DNA of 64,000 nt from Ramazzottius varieornatus (GCA_001949185.1 BDGG01000016.1:248001-312000); one strand, 5' to 3'; shown: positions 1-13,602, numbered from the stretch's first letter. The notes: generated from the letters alone by a model not told the origin. Made by a program: numbers and translations.

Positions 1-3000
1 CGAGATCTGGCCGAACCCACGCGGGCTCGAAATGGCGAACGCTCTGTGGACTCGTACGAGCGGGAAGTTGGCTACGGCCAACGAGACCGCCGATCAGGTC
101 GCTCCGAAAGCCCAAAGAACAGGAACTCGGACAACGAGTCCATTTACAGTGACAAGAGCGAGCATTCCAGCAGTCGTCGCTTCCTGCGGCACTTCAGTCG
201 GTCCCCTTCGGAATCCATCGAAGACCGAAGCCAGAGAAGGAACAGTTCACAGTCCTACGGGCGAAGAAAGAGCAAAGACTACACTCGGACACACAGCGCA
301 CGTAGCCCTTCGCCCTCCAGCCCCATCTCGGGCAACGAAGGTTCAGACTCGGAAGGGTCGCCGGTGAGTAGGCAGAAGCAGCGGCTTCGGCAGCTGCAGA
401 ATGCCGTTATGGAGACCAGTGGACGAAACAGGGGTGTGCTGAAGAGACAGCGCAGTGTCGGACCGAGAACCCCCGAAAGTGGCGGTAGCGAGCGAGCCGG
501 TACACCGGACGAGCCTCCACCAGATAGTCCACCGCTGGAGAGAGATCGAAGGAAGAGCATGACGGCTGGAACCATCGAAGAAGCCAGGCAGACACTACCG
601 GTGGCGGCTGGACAAGTGGTGGCGGAAAGAGTGGTGGCGGACAGTAACACTCCCGAAGTGTCGTCTAGTAAGGAAGATAGCCCAACTCTGTTGACCACCG
701 TCAACTCGGCCAAAGCAAAGGTGGACGGACCAGTCGAGATGGGCAGCGATGTAGTAACGTCCACCGTCAACCATGCTGGATCGCCAAGTCTCGCTGATGA
801 CCCTTCGGTCCATTCCTCGACAGAGTCGGAGACCTCGAAAAAGTCCGAGACGATGGTGTCGCCACTCCCTCAAAGCATTTCCAACGGTCCCTTACCCGAC
901 TTCTTCCAAGCAAGACTGGACAAGAAGGGTTCGATGGCGATAAGTCCGGCTGAGTTACCGCTACCAGGTGAGCAACGGGTGCCGGACTAGAAGCAGCGGT
1001 GGCTGTGATGCTTTTCATAATTTGGAACGTGGGCCAATTAATACGAAAACCAGATCATTTTTCTAAGTGGTGCACACCGTCAGCCATTGGCAGTGAGAAT
1101 GTGCGCCACCTGCGAAGGATCTGGTTGAAGTCATTTGCCGACGTCCCGTGGTACGTTTTCGTGACGACAAAGCGCGGTTATTATGGAATGTTGTTCACCG
1201 GGTTGCCTTCCAGGTTTCGCAATGAAGAAGGCTGACAGCGAAGATATCTCCATGGGTGGTTTTAACGACGTCCCGACACCACCATCTTCTCCGCGCTTCA
1301 AGACCTCCTTCCACGACCGGATGAAAGCCCTGGACGAAAAGTTTGAAAAGATCTCCTCGGTCACAGTGGCTATGAGTGGCCTCAAGAACCGCAGTACATC
1401 GCTGAGCGAGGACAAGGCCTCACCAGTGAAGAAAGTGGACAGTTTCATTGGGTCGAACACCAGCCCACTGATGGTCAAACCAGAACCTTTCCTGGAGAAG
1501 AAGTTGGCAAGTACCAACGAGCCGTCGAGTCAAGAAACAAACGGCCTACCACAGGTGTCGAACATTGCTCGCTACACTGCTAACCCGAAATTGACAGTCA
1601 GGTCGGTCTCCACGGCCAGTTCTCTGCTCCCTACCACTCCGACCGCGTCGACTAACACCCAGGAAGTTAAAGAGAAGGTGGACCCGGTGGAGAGGACGGT
1701 GTCAAAGCCTGTAACGGCTGACATCACCGCAAAGATCTTGTCGATAACCAACGAAGCGTCGGCCAAGTTCCACAGTGCGTCTCCGACCACGTCTGTGCTG
1801 AACACTGCTGTGAGCAGTACGGTGGCACCCCCGGTTTCGGTGGTTCCTTCGGCCAAGTGGAATGGCAAGGTTGAGCCGATGGGTGGTGAGGGGAAGCCAG
1901 GTAAAGCGGAGAATGCCAAGACCATCTTTTTCAGTTCAGCCAAGAGTGTCGAAGAAGTGGGCAGAGCCGAAGCCAAGAAAGCCAGCAGTCTCGTGGCGCC
2001 ACCGGTAACGCCGAAAAGTGCACCGGTTGTTTCCGACAAGAAAACCTTGTTCAAAGTAAGTGATCAACTAACGAAGATAGATATGGGCACTTACGTGATG
2101 GAAATACTGATTCGGATTTTGTGCTTTCAGGCCGAACCGAAGTCAGCGGATTCTGATACAAAGGAGAAGAAGCGTGTGGAAGAGAAGAAAGCTTCCAAGT
2201 CCTGCTTTGACTTCGAGCCGCTGAAGAAACCAACCAGCGCTTTGAAAGAAGCAAAGATCAAGAAAGAGCTCGACCTCTTCGGGCAAGACACCAACGCGAA
2301 AGTCGTCCGTAAAACCTCTACGTCCACAAGCTCCGGTATCAAGGACGAGAAGGAAAAGTCTACGAAGAGTGATAAACACAAGAAGGAAGCCAAGGAAAAG
2401 GAGCAGATCTCGTCGACCGATGACAAGAAAGACAGGAGGGAAAATAAAGAGCGCTCGTCCAGTATTTCTTCCTCGTCCAAGAATTCTGCCAGCGCAGTGT
2501 CTGATGAAGGCAAGGAGAAAGAGCCGAAGAAGCCCGACTCGAAGAAGGAGCCGAAGACGGAAAGGAAGCGAAGTGCCGACAGTGTTTCGTCGCGCGAGCA
2601 GAGTCGAGCTCATGATGAGACTGATTCGAATGCCAGCGGACCTTCATCCTCGCCTCGACGAGAAATCACCTTCAAGCCGGTCGAGAAAAAGGATAGCAAG
2701 GAATCGAAGAACAAGGAGAAGGACAAGGAAAGTAAGGAGGACAAGGAGAAGAGCGATAGGGAAAAGATTGCAGCGCAGTTGTTTGATACGTCGCCTGAAC
2801 AGCTGAAGGAACTCGCGCGAGAGAAAGCCTTGAAAACGATTTCGGCGTACGCGGAAACAACTCAGTCGAAGAGCCCTTCGAAGAAACTCCCTCCAAGTAA
2901 GATATTTCGAACATCGGCAAATGAATTGAACACGACTGTTATGCCAACCGGCGCACGTTTCCATTGGTCCTGACCTGTAGTTTGCGCCACTTGGGAAACT

Positions 3001-6000
3001 CGGGAAAACGATGCTCGATTCATCTGCCGACGTCTCGTTTGAGGGTTTCATTACGTAGTCTTGCTTTCTCAACTGTCTTTATATACAATACCTTCCGAAT
3101 TTGAGCCTACGAAAAATGACAATTTGATTTACTGTTTTTTATTTCGCAGATCAAAGTCAGATTAGCAATTTGTTCAACGCGAAGGCTGATAAAGAGAAGG
3201 AAAGAAGTTCGAAGGACGTGACGCCGACGGTAAGCCGGGAAAGTTCGCCGCAGAAGGGTTTGTCCGCGCTGGCAAAGAGCGCCTTTTCTGCTCACGCCAG
3301 TGCTGTGAAAGCGAAGAACCCATCGGTCGAGTCACCTGTCAGTAAATCCTCTCCACTCAAATCTTCGTCACTCTTTTCGGCCGTCGATCTTTCGACAAAG
3401 AGTTCTACGACGTCGACGCCCAATCAGAAATCGTCGGATTCTGGTGTGGACTTGTCCAAGAAAAAGACAGTAAGCAAACTCTCGAAATCGTTTCGAAGTT
3501 TGGCAAGGTCATAACGCTGCTCGAATTATAACTAACGTCTGTTATTTTAGGTCGGCAGTAAGAGTGAGTTGAGCACTTCGGATTCGGAAGACGAAGTGCC
3601 GCCGGTGAAGCCGAAAGCTGGACGGCCGAAGCAGGTTAGCCTCGTGAGCGACTCGGACTCTGACTCCATAGTTTCATCGGCTAAAGCGTCCACAGCAGCC
3701 AAGGCTCCTCCTTCGCATACTCTAACGAACCTTCCGAAAGAGGGAAAGCAAAGCTTGAAAAAATCGGCAGCCAAACACCTCCTCGCCGATTCAGAGGATG
3801 AGAAGGAATCTTCTGCGAAGGATTTCGGGAACGCCCACAGATCAGCCCAGCCGAAAGTCGAGCCCAAAAGTAAGATTTGTTCCGAGAGCATTTTTAAAAC
3901 TACACCCTGTCCCAGCCAACTTGCTACCGCTCGTTATATTGAGCTGGTCTCGACTCGATTATTGTTCAACGTCCGAAATAGTTTTCCCTGGTTCAACATC
4001 CTACTTGCCATGCCAAGAAAAATTACTGGCCGGAAATCTGTTCACAGGAAGTGGAAATCGACATAAAACTAGAAAAGGTGCGAGACGAAAAAACACAACT
4101 TTTGCAGTTTTTGGGACCGTTTTCGGAAATTATTCTTTCAGTGTCTTACTGAACACCTGCAGTTTTCTTGTTGAAAATGATTAGAACCGAGTATGAATCA
4201 CAGGCAGGGGGGTCGGAAACGTGAATCTACCGTCCGGAACGAGAGCTAGAAATTTCGCCGCAGGACGGTGTTTTCCAGCAAAATGGCCAAATTCGCCAGT
4301 TCTGATTCATTTGTCGAGCTAGTTCGATATTCCTATGGTCTTTTTTGCTTTGTAATGAAAACTCAGATACTTTTGGGCCTAAAATTATCAGACTGGTGAT
4401 CGCAACTCACATACAGAATTCTGAAGACTGCATTTCAGTCGCGGCGACATGTCTTCCCCACCGGAAGTCATATCTGTGGAATGTTCAAAGCTGTTTCTTG
4501 CTGTAACATATCGATTCATGGCTCACTCGGTAGAGCATAAAAAGTTGCAGGAGCGCTGTGGAGGTAAGAGCGGAAAACCAGCAACTTGAAGTTTTTGGCG
4601 TCGAAGTTCGAGGTGGTTGCAAGTTGGCTGGGACAGGGTGTATTTGGAAATAATTTTGCTCAATATTTTAATCTTGTTCCAGATGTTTCGAGTTACGATC
4701 AGTCCAAGTTTCATGCTTCCAAAAATAAACCTGTCAAGCCGGACACAAAAGAGTCTTTGGCGAAGAAGCCAATGTCGACAAGCAAGCCGGACAAGAAACC
4801 GGAAAAGAAGTCCATCTCGAGACGCAGCCGTTCGGTGTCGTCCTCCACATCGGGTAGCTCCTTGGACAGTGAGTCGCACTCTCCTTCCCTAGTGCGCAAG
4901 CCGAAAGCCCTTCCTTCGTCCAGCCAGCTTCAGAAACGTGAGTCGGTCTTGTCGCTGGTCACCAGCACCAACAAGAAAACTTCCGAGGTCTCAGGATCCG
5001 AACGAAGCGACCAAGCTCTTGCGGAACCGAAGAAGCGCGGTCGAAAGAAGAAGGTAAGAACAATGAAACGAGTGAAGCGATTCGGATAACCGATTGCGAA
5101 CCTTTTTTTCGGGACGTCGGCGAATCAGCTGAACGTGATTGTTATCTCAAGTGGCGCACGCTTGCAGTGTTAACTTGATGACAGTGCGCCACCTTGGGAA
5201 AGCGTAAAAGTCATTTGGAGTAGTTTTGGTGACGGGGGAATAACTGACATTGCTTCTTCGGCAGGTGGTTAAGGCCAGCTCGGAGTCCGACGGAAGCTCT
5301 TCGGATGAGCCACCCAAGAAGAACATATTTGAAGTGTCGCTGAACCCGGAAGACCTGATGTGTTCCATGTACGACAAGATCAAGCGGCGGGCTTGTACAG
5401 TAGCCAAACCGGGAACTAGTACCTCGAGGCAGACCTCAGTTGTGGCTGAGGAAAAGTCTAGGACGAAAGAGCCGTCGAAGAAGCCGACAAAGCGCCGGAA
5501 GGGTAGCGACGACTCGTCCAGTTCAGTCAGCGATGATGAGAAGGACGGCAAGTACAACTCGCAGACTACCGCTTCTAGCATCGACTCGGACGACGACTTT
5601 GCCGCCAAGAAGCGAAAGTCGAAGTCACCTCCCAAGAAGAAACCGGCCAAAAAAGAAGTGAGACAAAACATATTTTTTTCCATGGCTGTGCTTACTATAT
5701 TTTATATATTCCTTTTAGACGAAGAAGACGTCGTCCAAGAGCAAATCGAAAAGACGGTCATCGGATGAAAGCTTGGACGAGAGCGAATCTGTCACCGACT
5801 CTTCCTCAAGCGATTCCGATGCTTCAGAGTTCTCGGGAAAAAGTGTGGAAGTCAAGAAGAAGAACAAACGGGGAAGACCAAGAAAGTCTGAGCTGAGTTC
5901 TTCGCGAGGAACTTCCAGTAAGACCAGTAAGCCAAGCTCAAATACCGCCAGCAAGAAAAAGAAGCACACCAGAAGTGAGTCGAGTAGCCCCGACCGGAAG

Positions 6001-7837
6001 TCAGCCTCCACTTCACCAATCAGAAAACCTTCGGCTCCTAAACCATTGAAGGACAAGTCGGAGAAGCAGCCAGAGAAGCGCCAGCCTGAAGGAAAAGACG
6101 AAGTGAACGTCAAGAAGGCCAAAGTGCTGAAGACGTCTTCCGGAAGTGAGAAGGGCGAGAAGACCAAAGAGAAAAAGGAAGGTACCGCCAGGTCGTCGCC
6201 TGAGAAGTCCAAGCCGGTGGAGAAGCTGCCTAGTAAAGCGGTCAATGAGGATCATGACAGCGGCTTCGGCACCTACAACTTATCCTTGCTAATGAAGACG
6301 TCCTTCATGGAGAGCGCCAGCCGAGAGTCCAGTGTGGCTTCACCGGCGGAAGCTCTGACGCCCAAACCAATGTACGTAGGACGCGAAGACCAGAAGAGCC
6401 CAAGGAGGCCGGACAAGAACGATAGCCCGAGAGGGAAGATGAGTGAAAGCCCAAAGAGGAGAATGTCACCACCCAAAAGCGTCGACGCGATGAAAACGAA
6501 ATCACCACAAAGTTCGCCATACGGTAAGTCAGCAACTTCCTATAAAGGTACTGGAAGAACATTGAAAAACTGGGGTTGACAGGCATGGTTGTTTTCCAGA
6601 TTCGGCGAAGCCTTCGAAGGACTCGTCGAAAACTCACCATCAGCCGTCGCATGCCTCTTTCCACGTGAAAGCGGAAACTCTCTCGGCTTCCTCGACCAAG
6701 CCCGAAGTGAGAGAACCCACCTCATCCAAGTCCGGCTGCAAACCTTCCGAAGTAGCGAAACGTTCGGTTGCCGAACCGTCGAAGGAAAAGACACCGGAGC
6801 TGGAACATAACTTGGAGGAAGAGATGACAGCGGCGGAGACTTTGCAGCAGATTATGGACAATGAACCGCTGCATGAAGCCGAGCCCATCATCCACATTCC
6901 TGACGAGGAAGGTGAGATGATGACCGAAGATGAACGGCGGAGGGAAGCCGAGTTGGCGGCCAGTATTGCTAGCATCGAGAACATACCTGAACCGGCGGTG
7001 GACAAGACCCACTTCGGTCACCATCAGGGTCCTCCTGCCTTTGCCAACGATGAAGCGCCAAAGATACCTCAGGCTGCCCAACCTCAACATCCACAAAATA
7101 TGCGGTAAACTTATTCTTACTGAGTTCCCCAAACGGATAGGCAAATGATCCATCCATATCAATATCAAAAGTGGCGCTTATTGCCGCTGTTATTGACTGA
7201 GGGAGTGCGTCACTTTGGAAATGTATTGGGTGAATTCATTTGACGACGTCGCAGATTACGAAAAGTAGGTCGACGTGCTAAATCGTGTAGTCGTTTCTTA
7301 GGTCTCATGGAGTTCCACTGCCTATTCCTCAGCCTCAGCCCGATCCTCGCCAAAGAGAGCACCATTCGCCCTTCCAAGAAGTGCAAGCTTTCAACGCCCA
7401 GAAGCAGTCCTTAGAACGAGCCAATGTCAACCAGCAGCCGTCACCCGCTGGTCAAGTACTACCGGTTCCCACTCATCATGGGCAAAAGATGCAACCTTCC
7501 CCTCACATGCAACCTTCCCCGCTCCAACCTCAACAGCAACAGCAGAGCCCTCTCGTACACCCACAGGCTAGACCGGCTTCGGAGGTCTTTGTCAACGAAG
7601 AGAACGCGGCCAAGCGTATGAAGAAACAGCGCGAAGAAAACCAGGTACAGTACAAACTTCATGTTGCCGTAGTTCCAGAACGTAAACTTGGGCAACATGT
7701 TTTGCCATCTGTGTTATCTGCAGAATTGTGGTGTCCCAAACACAGCCCAACAAGCACCTCGGCAGTCCTTACAGCAGCTACCACCACAGACGCAGTTGAA
7801 GCATGACGACCAAGCTGCTCAGTCCCATCTCCACCAC

Positions 7838-7869
<32 letters not shown>

Positions 7870-10830
7870 GCAAGCCCAGCAGCAGCACATGCTACAAATG
7901 CAGCAGCAGATGCGCCAGCAAGAACAGATTAGTCAGTTCTTTCAGTTTGGCCAGATGGGCTTTGCCCAGCCGGGCGCTGTCGGCGTCAACGTCCAAGGTG
8001 CTCCACAGGCGGCTTTCAGGCTACCTTACGCTACTGTGGCCGAACCGGTAGGTCTTCAGCGGCAGACCAGTCACGAAAGTATGCAAAGCCAGCATGCTGC
8101 TGTGGAGAAGGACAAAGAAAGGAAAAGCAACAGCAGCAGCAACAAGAAGCGGAAGAACACCGCTGAAGAGGTAAGTCCCAAACCCTGTCGATAATCGGAA
8201 CAGGCTGTTCAAGCTTTTCCATGTTGTGCCATGTGGTAAAAGCATGGTAAAATAGCTGTGCTTTTTGATGTAATATATTTCTGTTTTGTAGCATTCGCAA
8301 CAGTCGCAGCCTTCACACGACCCACACCCAACTCAAGCTCAACTCCAACAGCAGCAGCAGCAGCAGGTGGAGCAGCAAGGTCAGAGGTTCATGATGCCCA
8401 ATGGCGCCCTGATCTTGCAACAGCATCCAGCAGCAGCTGGCCTTCCCCAACAAGCTCAGCAACTGCTGATGCGAGGTATCCCCGTCCAAGGTATGCCTCT
8501 GCAGTACCAACAATTCCAGACCCAGCAGCAACAGCAAGCCCAGATGTTCAGCCAGCAAGCTCAGCAAGGACGGCAGGCTCAGGCTGGTCCACAGCAACAG
8601 CAGCCCAGCCATGGTCAGCAACAAGGAAATGGTCAAGACAGGCAGAATATGCAGTCGACGCACCAACAACAAGCTCATGCTTCGCACAGCCGTCACTCCA
8701 GTCAGCAAAAGTCCGATGGAGGAGCTGGGCAAGGTGTTCATCATGGGCTGCCGTCGCCGAGTGGGCAACAAGCCACGCAGAAAGGCTTTAGTGGCCAGCA
8801 CGCCAACTCGACCGTCGCTCACAGCCCTCAAAGTAAGTCTAAGCGTATCCGAGGCAGCGACGGTTCTATGCACCTTTCCCCATTTCTTCTTCAGACTTGC
8901 CTCAAAGTCCACAAGTGCAGCAGCACGCTTCGCACAGCGAGTCCTCTCGGTCCTCGCAGCAGAAACAGCAACCGCTCGCGACGCCACAAGCACACGCTGC
9001 TCATCGTAGCCAGCCTGCTAATGCACCGCAAGTTGGGCATGTGGCGTCAGTGCCTGTTATCATGTCCAGCATGGGAGGGCGAGCCATGCAACAGATCCCC
9101 ACGTCGGCAGGCATCATGGTCAGTATGGCTTCCACCGGTGCGCCACTCTTCATGCCTATGCCCATCCAGCAACAGGCCCAACCTGGACAAGGACGACCAT
9201 CGGCCATCCAGGTAATTATTCGGTCCATCCAGATTGTGATGCAGTTGCATATACCGTGTTGTCCTCTGCAGTCGACTAACCACTCCGGACAGGCTGGGCA
9301 GCGACAGCCGCAACCATCGCCTATACCGATGGACGCGGCGACCCAGTTTGCTCTCATGCAACAGTCGATGAATTTGGGCGTTGGTGATGCCAGAGCCGGA
9401 ACTATTGCCAAGCTGCTCCAGCATCCTCATCATCATAACTTGGCCGAACACCAAAAGGAACAACAGCAGTCACAGAACCAGCAACATTTGGTAAGTTTCT
9501 TTGTGTTTGAAAAGTACGGGACAGCGTCTGATTTCGCCTCGTTCATTGCAGTCGCAGATGGAGAAAAGCATCAGCCGACAACACCAACAGAACCCGCTGG
9601 CCGTGCCCGTTTCCTTTGCTGGCATTGCCGGTGTGGGCGTGGAGGTGCCCAGCAGTTTCCTGCAGCAGTTCGTCTACAGTCCGTATGGCTTCAACCCAGC
9701 CGACATGGCTGCCCATCAGGGTGTGATGGACGGCCGCATGTCGGTGGGCCTGGACCCTAGTGGCCTGGGTCTGCGCATGGCCGCCTTCCAAGCACCCTTC
9801 ATGCACAACCCGGCCGCCCAACAACGAGGACCGGAGGCTGCTGCGCCACTTCATCGGAGTGGTAGTAACTGTGGACAGGACAACAGACCCAGCAAGCCAA
9901 ATCAGGACAAGGAAGACCGGCAAGAAAGGCAACCACAACCGGCGCAGCCACCAAGACAGCAACTACCACCACAAGCGCAGATTCATCAAGCGAACCAAGG
10001 CAGTCAACTGGTGGCGCTGTCAGCTGCCCACAACTTGGTCTCGACGTTACCGGAGGTACGTGTAATGTTCGCCACTGAAACGAGGAAGGAGGAGCCAAAT
10101 GTTGTTTTTTGTTTGCAGAATTTGTTCCCGCCGCTGTGGAATGGAACTTTGGCGCTGAAGAACGACCATGCCTTCGTCAGGATGCACTTTGTCAGAGGCA
10201 GTGAGCATCTGGCCAGGATGGCACTGCCGGCTTTTGCGGACATGAGCCAGAATGTCCTGAAGATCACACAACGGATGCGTCTCGAACCGACGCAATTGGA
10301 AAACGTCACCCGCAACTTGAAGGTAAAAAGTGAAGGTTTCGCGGCTCACAGTTATGTTACCAAATTTAGCTTATATGGCTGTGTATAAGATTGTGGGAAG
10401 ACATTATGACATTTTGGCCTTTTTTCTACGATCTGTTTGACATTACGGTTCTGTTACAGAGCATGAACGAGCACTGCATTCTCTTGGCATGTGCCACCGG
10501 TCACAGCCCGGATGAGATGACGCACCAGGACCAAATGCTGAAGGCTGGCTTCATCACCTATCTTGCACAGAAGCAGGCTGCCGGTATTGCTAATCCCTCC
10601 TCGACCAACCCTGCACAGGTAAATTTCTCGTTGAACATTTCAGCATGTTGCGCTCGATCTATTTGTAGCATCTACCACAAGGCATATCTTTGCTCTTGCA
10701 GAATCTAACCGTGCACGTGTTTCCTCCCTGCGAATTTTCCAAACGAGCCCTGATGTCACCACCGATGCTCAGTGCGGCAGCTATACAACTAATTGACAGC
10801 ACCTCACATCTCTTCATCGTCATTTGCTAG
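1..10830 (+). CDS. spen: Protein split ends / SHARP (MINT) homolog, 5'-truncated by the window, multi-exon
   Basis: Long Ser/Lys/Glu-rich then Gln-rich exons joined by GT-AG introns (e.g. 968-1213, 2897-3149, 5054-5264, 7105-7301). C-terminal SPOC domain across exons at ~10119-10322, ~10460-10618 and 10702-10830 (WNGTLALKNDHAFVRMHFV, RMRLEPTQLE, FITYLAQKQAAGI, VFPPCEF), stop TAG 10828-10830. The segment EAELAASIASI resembles SHARP ETELAAAIGSI. Confidence 0.93.
1024..1147. repeat. Palindromic intronic element, family A
   Basis: AAGTGGTGCAC-N25-GTGCGCCACC with outer arm TCATTTGCCGACGTCCC; in spen intron 968-1213. Confidence 0.8.
2908..3036. repeat. Palindromic intronic element, family A
   Basis: CGGCGCAC-N25-TTGCGCCACTTGGGAAA with both outer arms; in spen intron 2897-3149. 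Confidence 0.8.
3903..4640. mobile_element. Non-autonomous TIR element (Tc1/mariner-type MITE, 738 bp) in a spen intron
   Basis: Terminal inverted repeats CACCCTGTCCCAGCCAACTTGC... (from 3903) and ...GCAAGTTGGCTGGGACAGGGTG (to 4640), flanked by TA at 3901-3902 and 4641-4642. No recognisable transposase ORF. Confidence 0.85.
5111..5218. repeat. Palindromic intronic element, family A
   Basis: GGGACGTCGGCGAAT...CAAGTGGCGCAC-N24-GTGCGCCACCTTGGGAAA; in spen intron 5054-5264. Confidence 0.8.
7134..7252. repeat. Palindromic intronic element, family A (degenerate)
   Basis: AAGTGGCGCTT-N25-GTGCGTCACTTTGGAAA...TCATTTGACGACGTC; in spen intron 7105-7301. Confidence 0.7.
7836..7890 (+). repeat. CAG/CAA (opa, polyQ) coding repeat in spen
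   Basis: Run of CAG/CAA triplets encoding QQQQQQQQQQQAQQQ; further Q-rich runs at ~8345-8365 and ~8520-8600. Confidence 0.9.
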
Positions 10831-12157
10831 GTGAAGGGAAGCCGGCGAGGGTTCTTTTGACGATTGATTTTTGTTCTGGTTTTAACGAATATTTTGGGTC
10901 GACTAAATGTAGGGCAAACGTTTCTCCTCGATGGTTTTTACGTTTTACGCAAGGAATTTTTTTCCCGCTTTCTCTTTCCCCCTTGGATAGAAATGAATGG
11001 ATTGGTGTTTTGGGTTGTAAGCTATGCCAGCTGTCGGTCGACCTCGGCAGTATTATGTACAGAAGAGTATTTACTTTGTCTTTGTTTTTCGTATGATATT
11101 TCAATTATCATCCTCGTTCTCCTGTGTTGAACCTTCTTAATTCTTTTGTAATATGTTGGGTTGTTCGCTCCTTTGGTATGCTAACTATTTATGAGCCCGT
11201 TCCTACAGCTGCACAAGGCAAAAAAGTAATTTACCATACTGGTTCATTTTAACACTCTCAGCAGATCGTTTTCATGTTTGCAGAATACTACCGTCCTCTT
11301 TGTGTATACAGGAATTTTATTGGCTGGTACCGTGTTGCGGAGGCTGGTCAAACCAATAGGCAATCTTCGAAATTCCAAAATTCGGATAATTGACAGGCCA
11401 TGAACGCCAAATCTCAAAAGGGAGAACTGGTCGTCTTGATTTTCTTCTGACCGCACTGATGACTACAAAATTTATCCCAGGCTCGGCTTCGATAGATAAG
11501 ACTGTCCCCAGTGCTCCAGTTTTTTTCTAAGCGAATTCCGTGCACGTGTCTCGCGGGAAGAGACGAAACACCAAATTTCGCCAAAACCACCCGAAACCGT
11601 AGAAACAATTTCCAGCGTGCTGGGGCTCTGCTGACCGCTGGTCATTAGTGTTGCTTCGGTGAGAAGACCGAGGTACATGCAAACAAAAAGACCCAGACCC
11701 GAAAGACCAAGAGCTAAAACTGGGAGGTGAATAAAACTGAGTGATTGTATACACAAAGAGGACGGTCGTACACAGAGTGTTAAGCAGTCTACGAATTTAC
11801 GGTAATTTACTTCTTGTTCGATAAACTGAAAGTGACAAAGACGCCTAGTGGGAAAAATTAGAAATGGTGGAGAAGCTAGCTTCCTGCCAGTATCTCTTCA
11901 CCAGAGATGGGGGACATGGAAACACCAACTAACAGCTTACCAACCAACGACAGATTGATCCTTGAGTAGTGCATTATAGCTATTCGTAAGATGGACGTAC
12001 ACTGAAAAAGGAAAACTGGACGACACCTGCGACTCTGTGAGGTAAACGCAAGCATATCGAAGTGTACGTAAGCTGTGTACAAACCCAATGTTGCCATAGC
12101 AAACAATTGCGGAAACCCGCTTGCCGCTAGCGCTAGACACGGGGTACAGTACGAGTA

Positions 12158-13382
12158 CACGAACGACGGCATATTATGGGCCAGTAAAGATTACGGACCA
12201 GGCCCCTTCGCTACGGCGGCACGGGCAGGTGATTCTTGCCACAAGTAAAAACCAGCTGCCCTGCTGTACGTACGTGCTAGATATTCTTGATGTTGACACG
12301 AGCCCGAACTCTGTCTTGCAGAGTTTTCGTGACATCCTGGCGTCTCGTGACCCGGACTGGAGGATGCCGTGACGTGGTGGCAGCGGCTAGCAGAAGTTGA
12401 CCATCGGGGAAACCGTTCGTCCAGATCTTGAAGGCATTCGCCATCACCGCCTTTGCTCTTCTCTCCCACAGGTATTCCCGCTGCACTTCGGCCAGATGTT
12501 GACGATACTGTTTAAGATCGGTGTCATGTTGGCCTTTCGGGAGTTTGCTCAAGCGGATAATCTTGAGGAAGTCTTTCTGGACTTGTTCCAGCTGCTATAG
12601 GTGCTTGTGGCTCGCAGGGTTCCACACCGAGCAGACATATTCAGCGACGGGGCGAACTAGGCTCTTGTACAGCATCTGCTTGGCAGCACCAAACTGCGCC
12701 GGGAAGTACGAGCGGGTGATGTGGAGGCGTTTCCGGCACTTTTCAGTTGCTGCATCAACCTCCGCAGTCCATCTAATCTTTCTGTCAAGAACCACGCCCA
12801 AGCATGTTGACTGGCTCTCTATCGGAATCTTCTGGCCGCCAATGGAGTAGCTGCCATGAGGGACTGGCACACTTCCGGATCTTTTGAAGGATAGGCGGAT
12901 GTGCTGCGAGCTGCTTGGGTTCAGGCCCATCCCGGCTGCTGCACAGTTCTCTCCCAGTTGGTCCAGGCATTCTTGAAAAGCTTGACAGTCTTCCGGCTTT
13001 CCACCACATAGTTTGCTACCAAGTCATCAGCATACTGGAAAAAGTTCACACTGGACCGAGTCGGAGAGCTTGTTCACTTATAGCTGTCAGATCTCCATTT
13101 TACCGGAACACGCACACCTTCAACAGTTCAAGCTAATCCAAGGCTTCTCCGGGAAAAAGTCGACAGCAGCGTTGAAGCGCCAGAGTGAAACAGCTGATGG
13201 CCACTGACAGTGGCCCACTGTCCATGACAATTTTCAACGTTTGAGTTCTACTACGTTACGTCATTTGTCCGATTTCTGTTTCTGACTTCCATACGAACTG
13301 TAAATTTGCCGTCTTTTCCACCTGGTCCGTAATTTTTACTGGCCCGTAATTTTCACTGGCCCATAATATCCCGTCGTTCGTG
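12158..13382. mobile_element. TA-flanked TIR element (1225 bp) enclosing a LINE RT remnant
   Basis: Left end CACGAACGACGGCATATTATGGGCCAGT...TTACGGACCAGG; right end is its reverse complement (CCTGGTCCGTAA...ACTGGCCCATAATATCCCGTCGTTCGTG) with one extra internal subrepeat. TA at 12156-12157 and 13383-13384. Confidence 0.85.
12300..13080 (-). pseudogene. Degenerate non-LTR retrotransposon (CR1/L2/Jockey-like) reverse transcriptase C-terminal fragment
   Basis: YADD motif at 13023-13034 (-), followed after frameshifts by GLNP...CLGVVLDRKIRW...LYKSLVRPVAEYVCSVWNP, typical of the LINE RT thumb region. Interrupted by stops and frameshifts. Confidence 0.85.
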
Positions 13383-13602
13383 TACGTGTACCTCTTCGCT
13401 TTTAGGCCTTTTGTTGGCGCACTAAATAATCGGACTGAACAGCAACAATTTCAATTCGGGAAAAAGAGGTGTTTGTTAATCGCTAAAGGAAGAGGCGAAG
13501 GACAATAATGAGGAGAAGCTCACAGCAGCAAAGTCGCTGCACAAGGTTTGATATTTGTCCAACCAGGGCAGTGATTTTCCCCCCGAGCGCCTGGCAGAAC
13601 AT

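Noticed and set aside
968-7301. Family-A elements as intron-creating (introner) elements
   Set aside because: The elements lie inside introns with tens of bases of unrelated sequence between them and the splice sites; they do not supply the GT/AG ends.
279-10349. Many antisense and alternative-frame ORFs over spen
   Set aside because: Shadow ORFs of low-complexity, GC-balanced coding exons with no recognisable domains.
11414-12172. Short hydrophobic minus-strand ORFs downstream of spen
   Set aside because: No recognisable motif or consistent splice structure; most likely 3'UTR or intergenic sequence.
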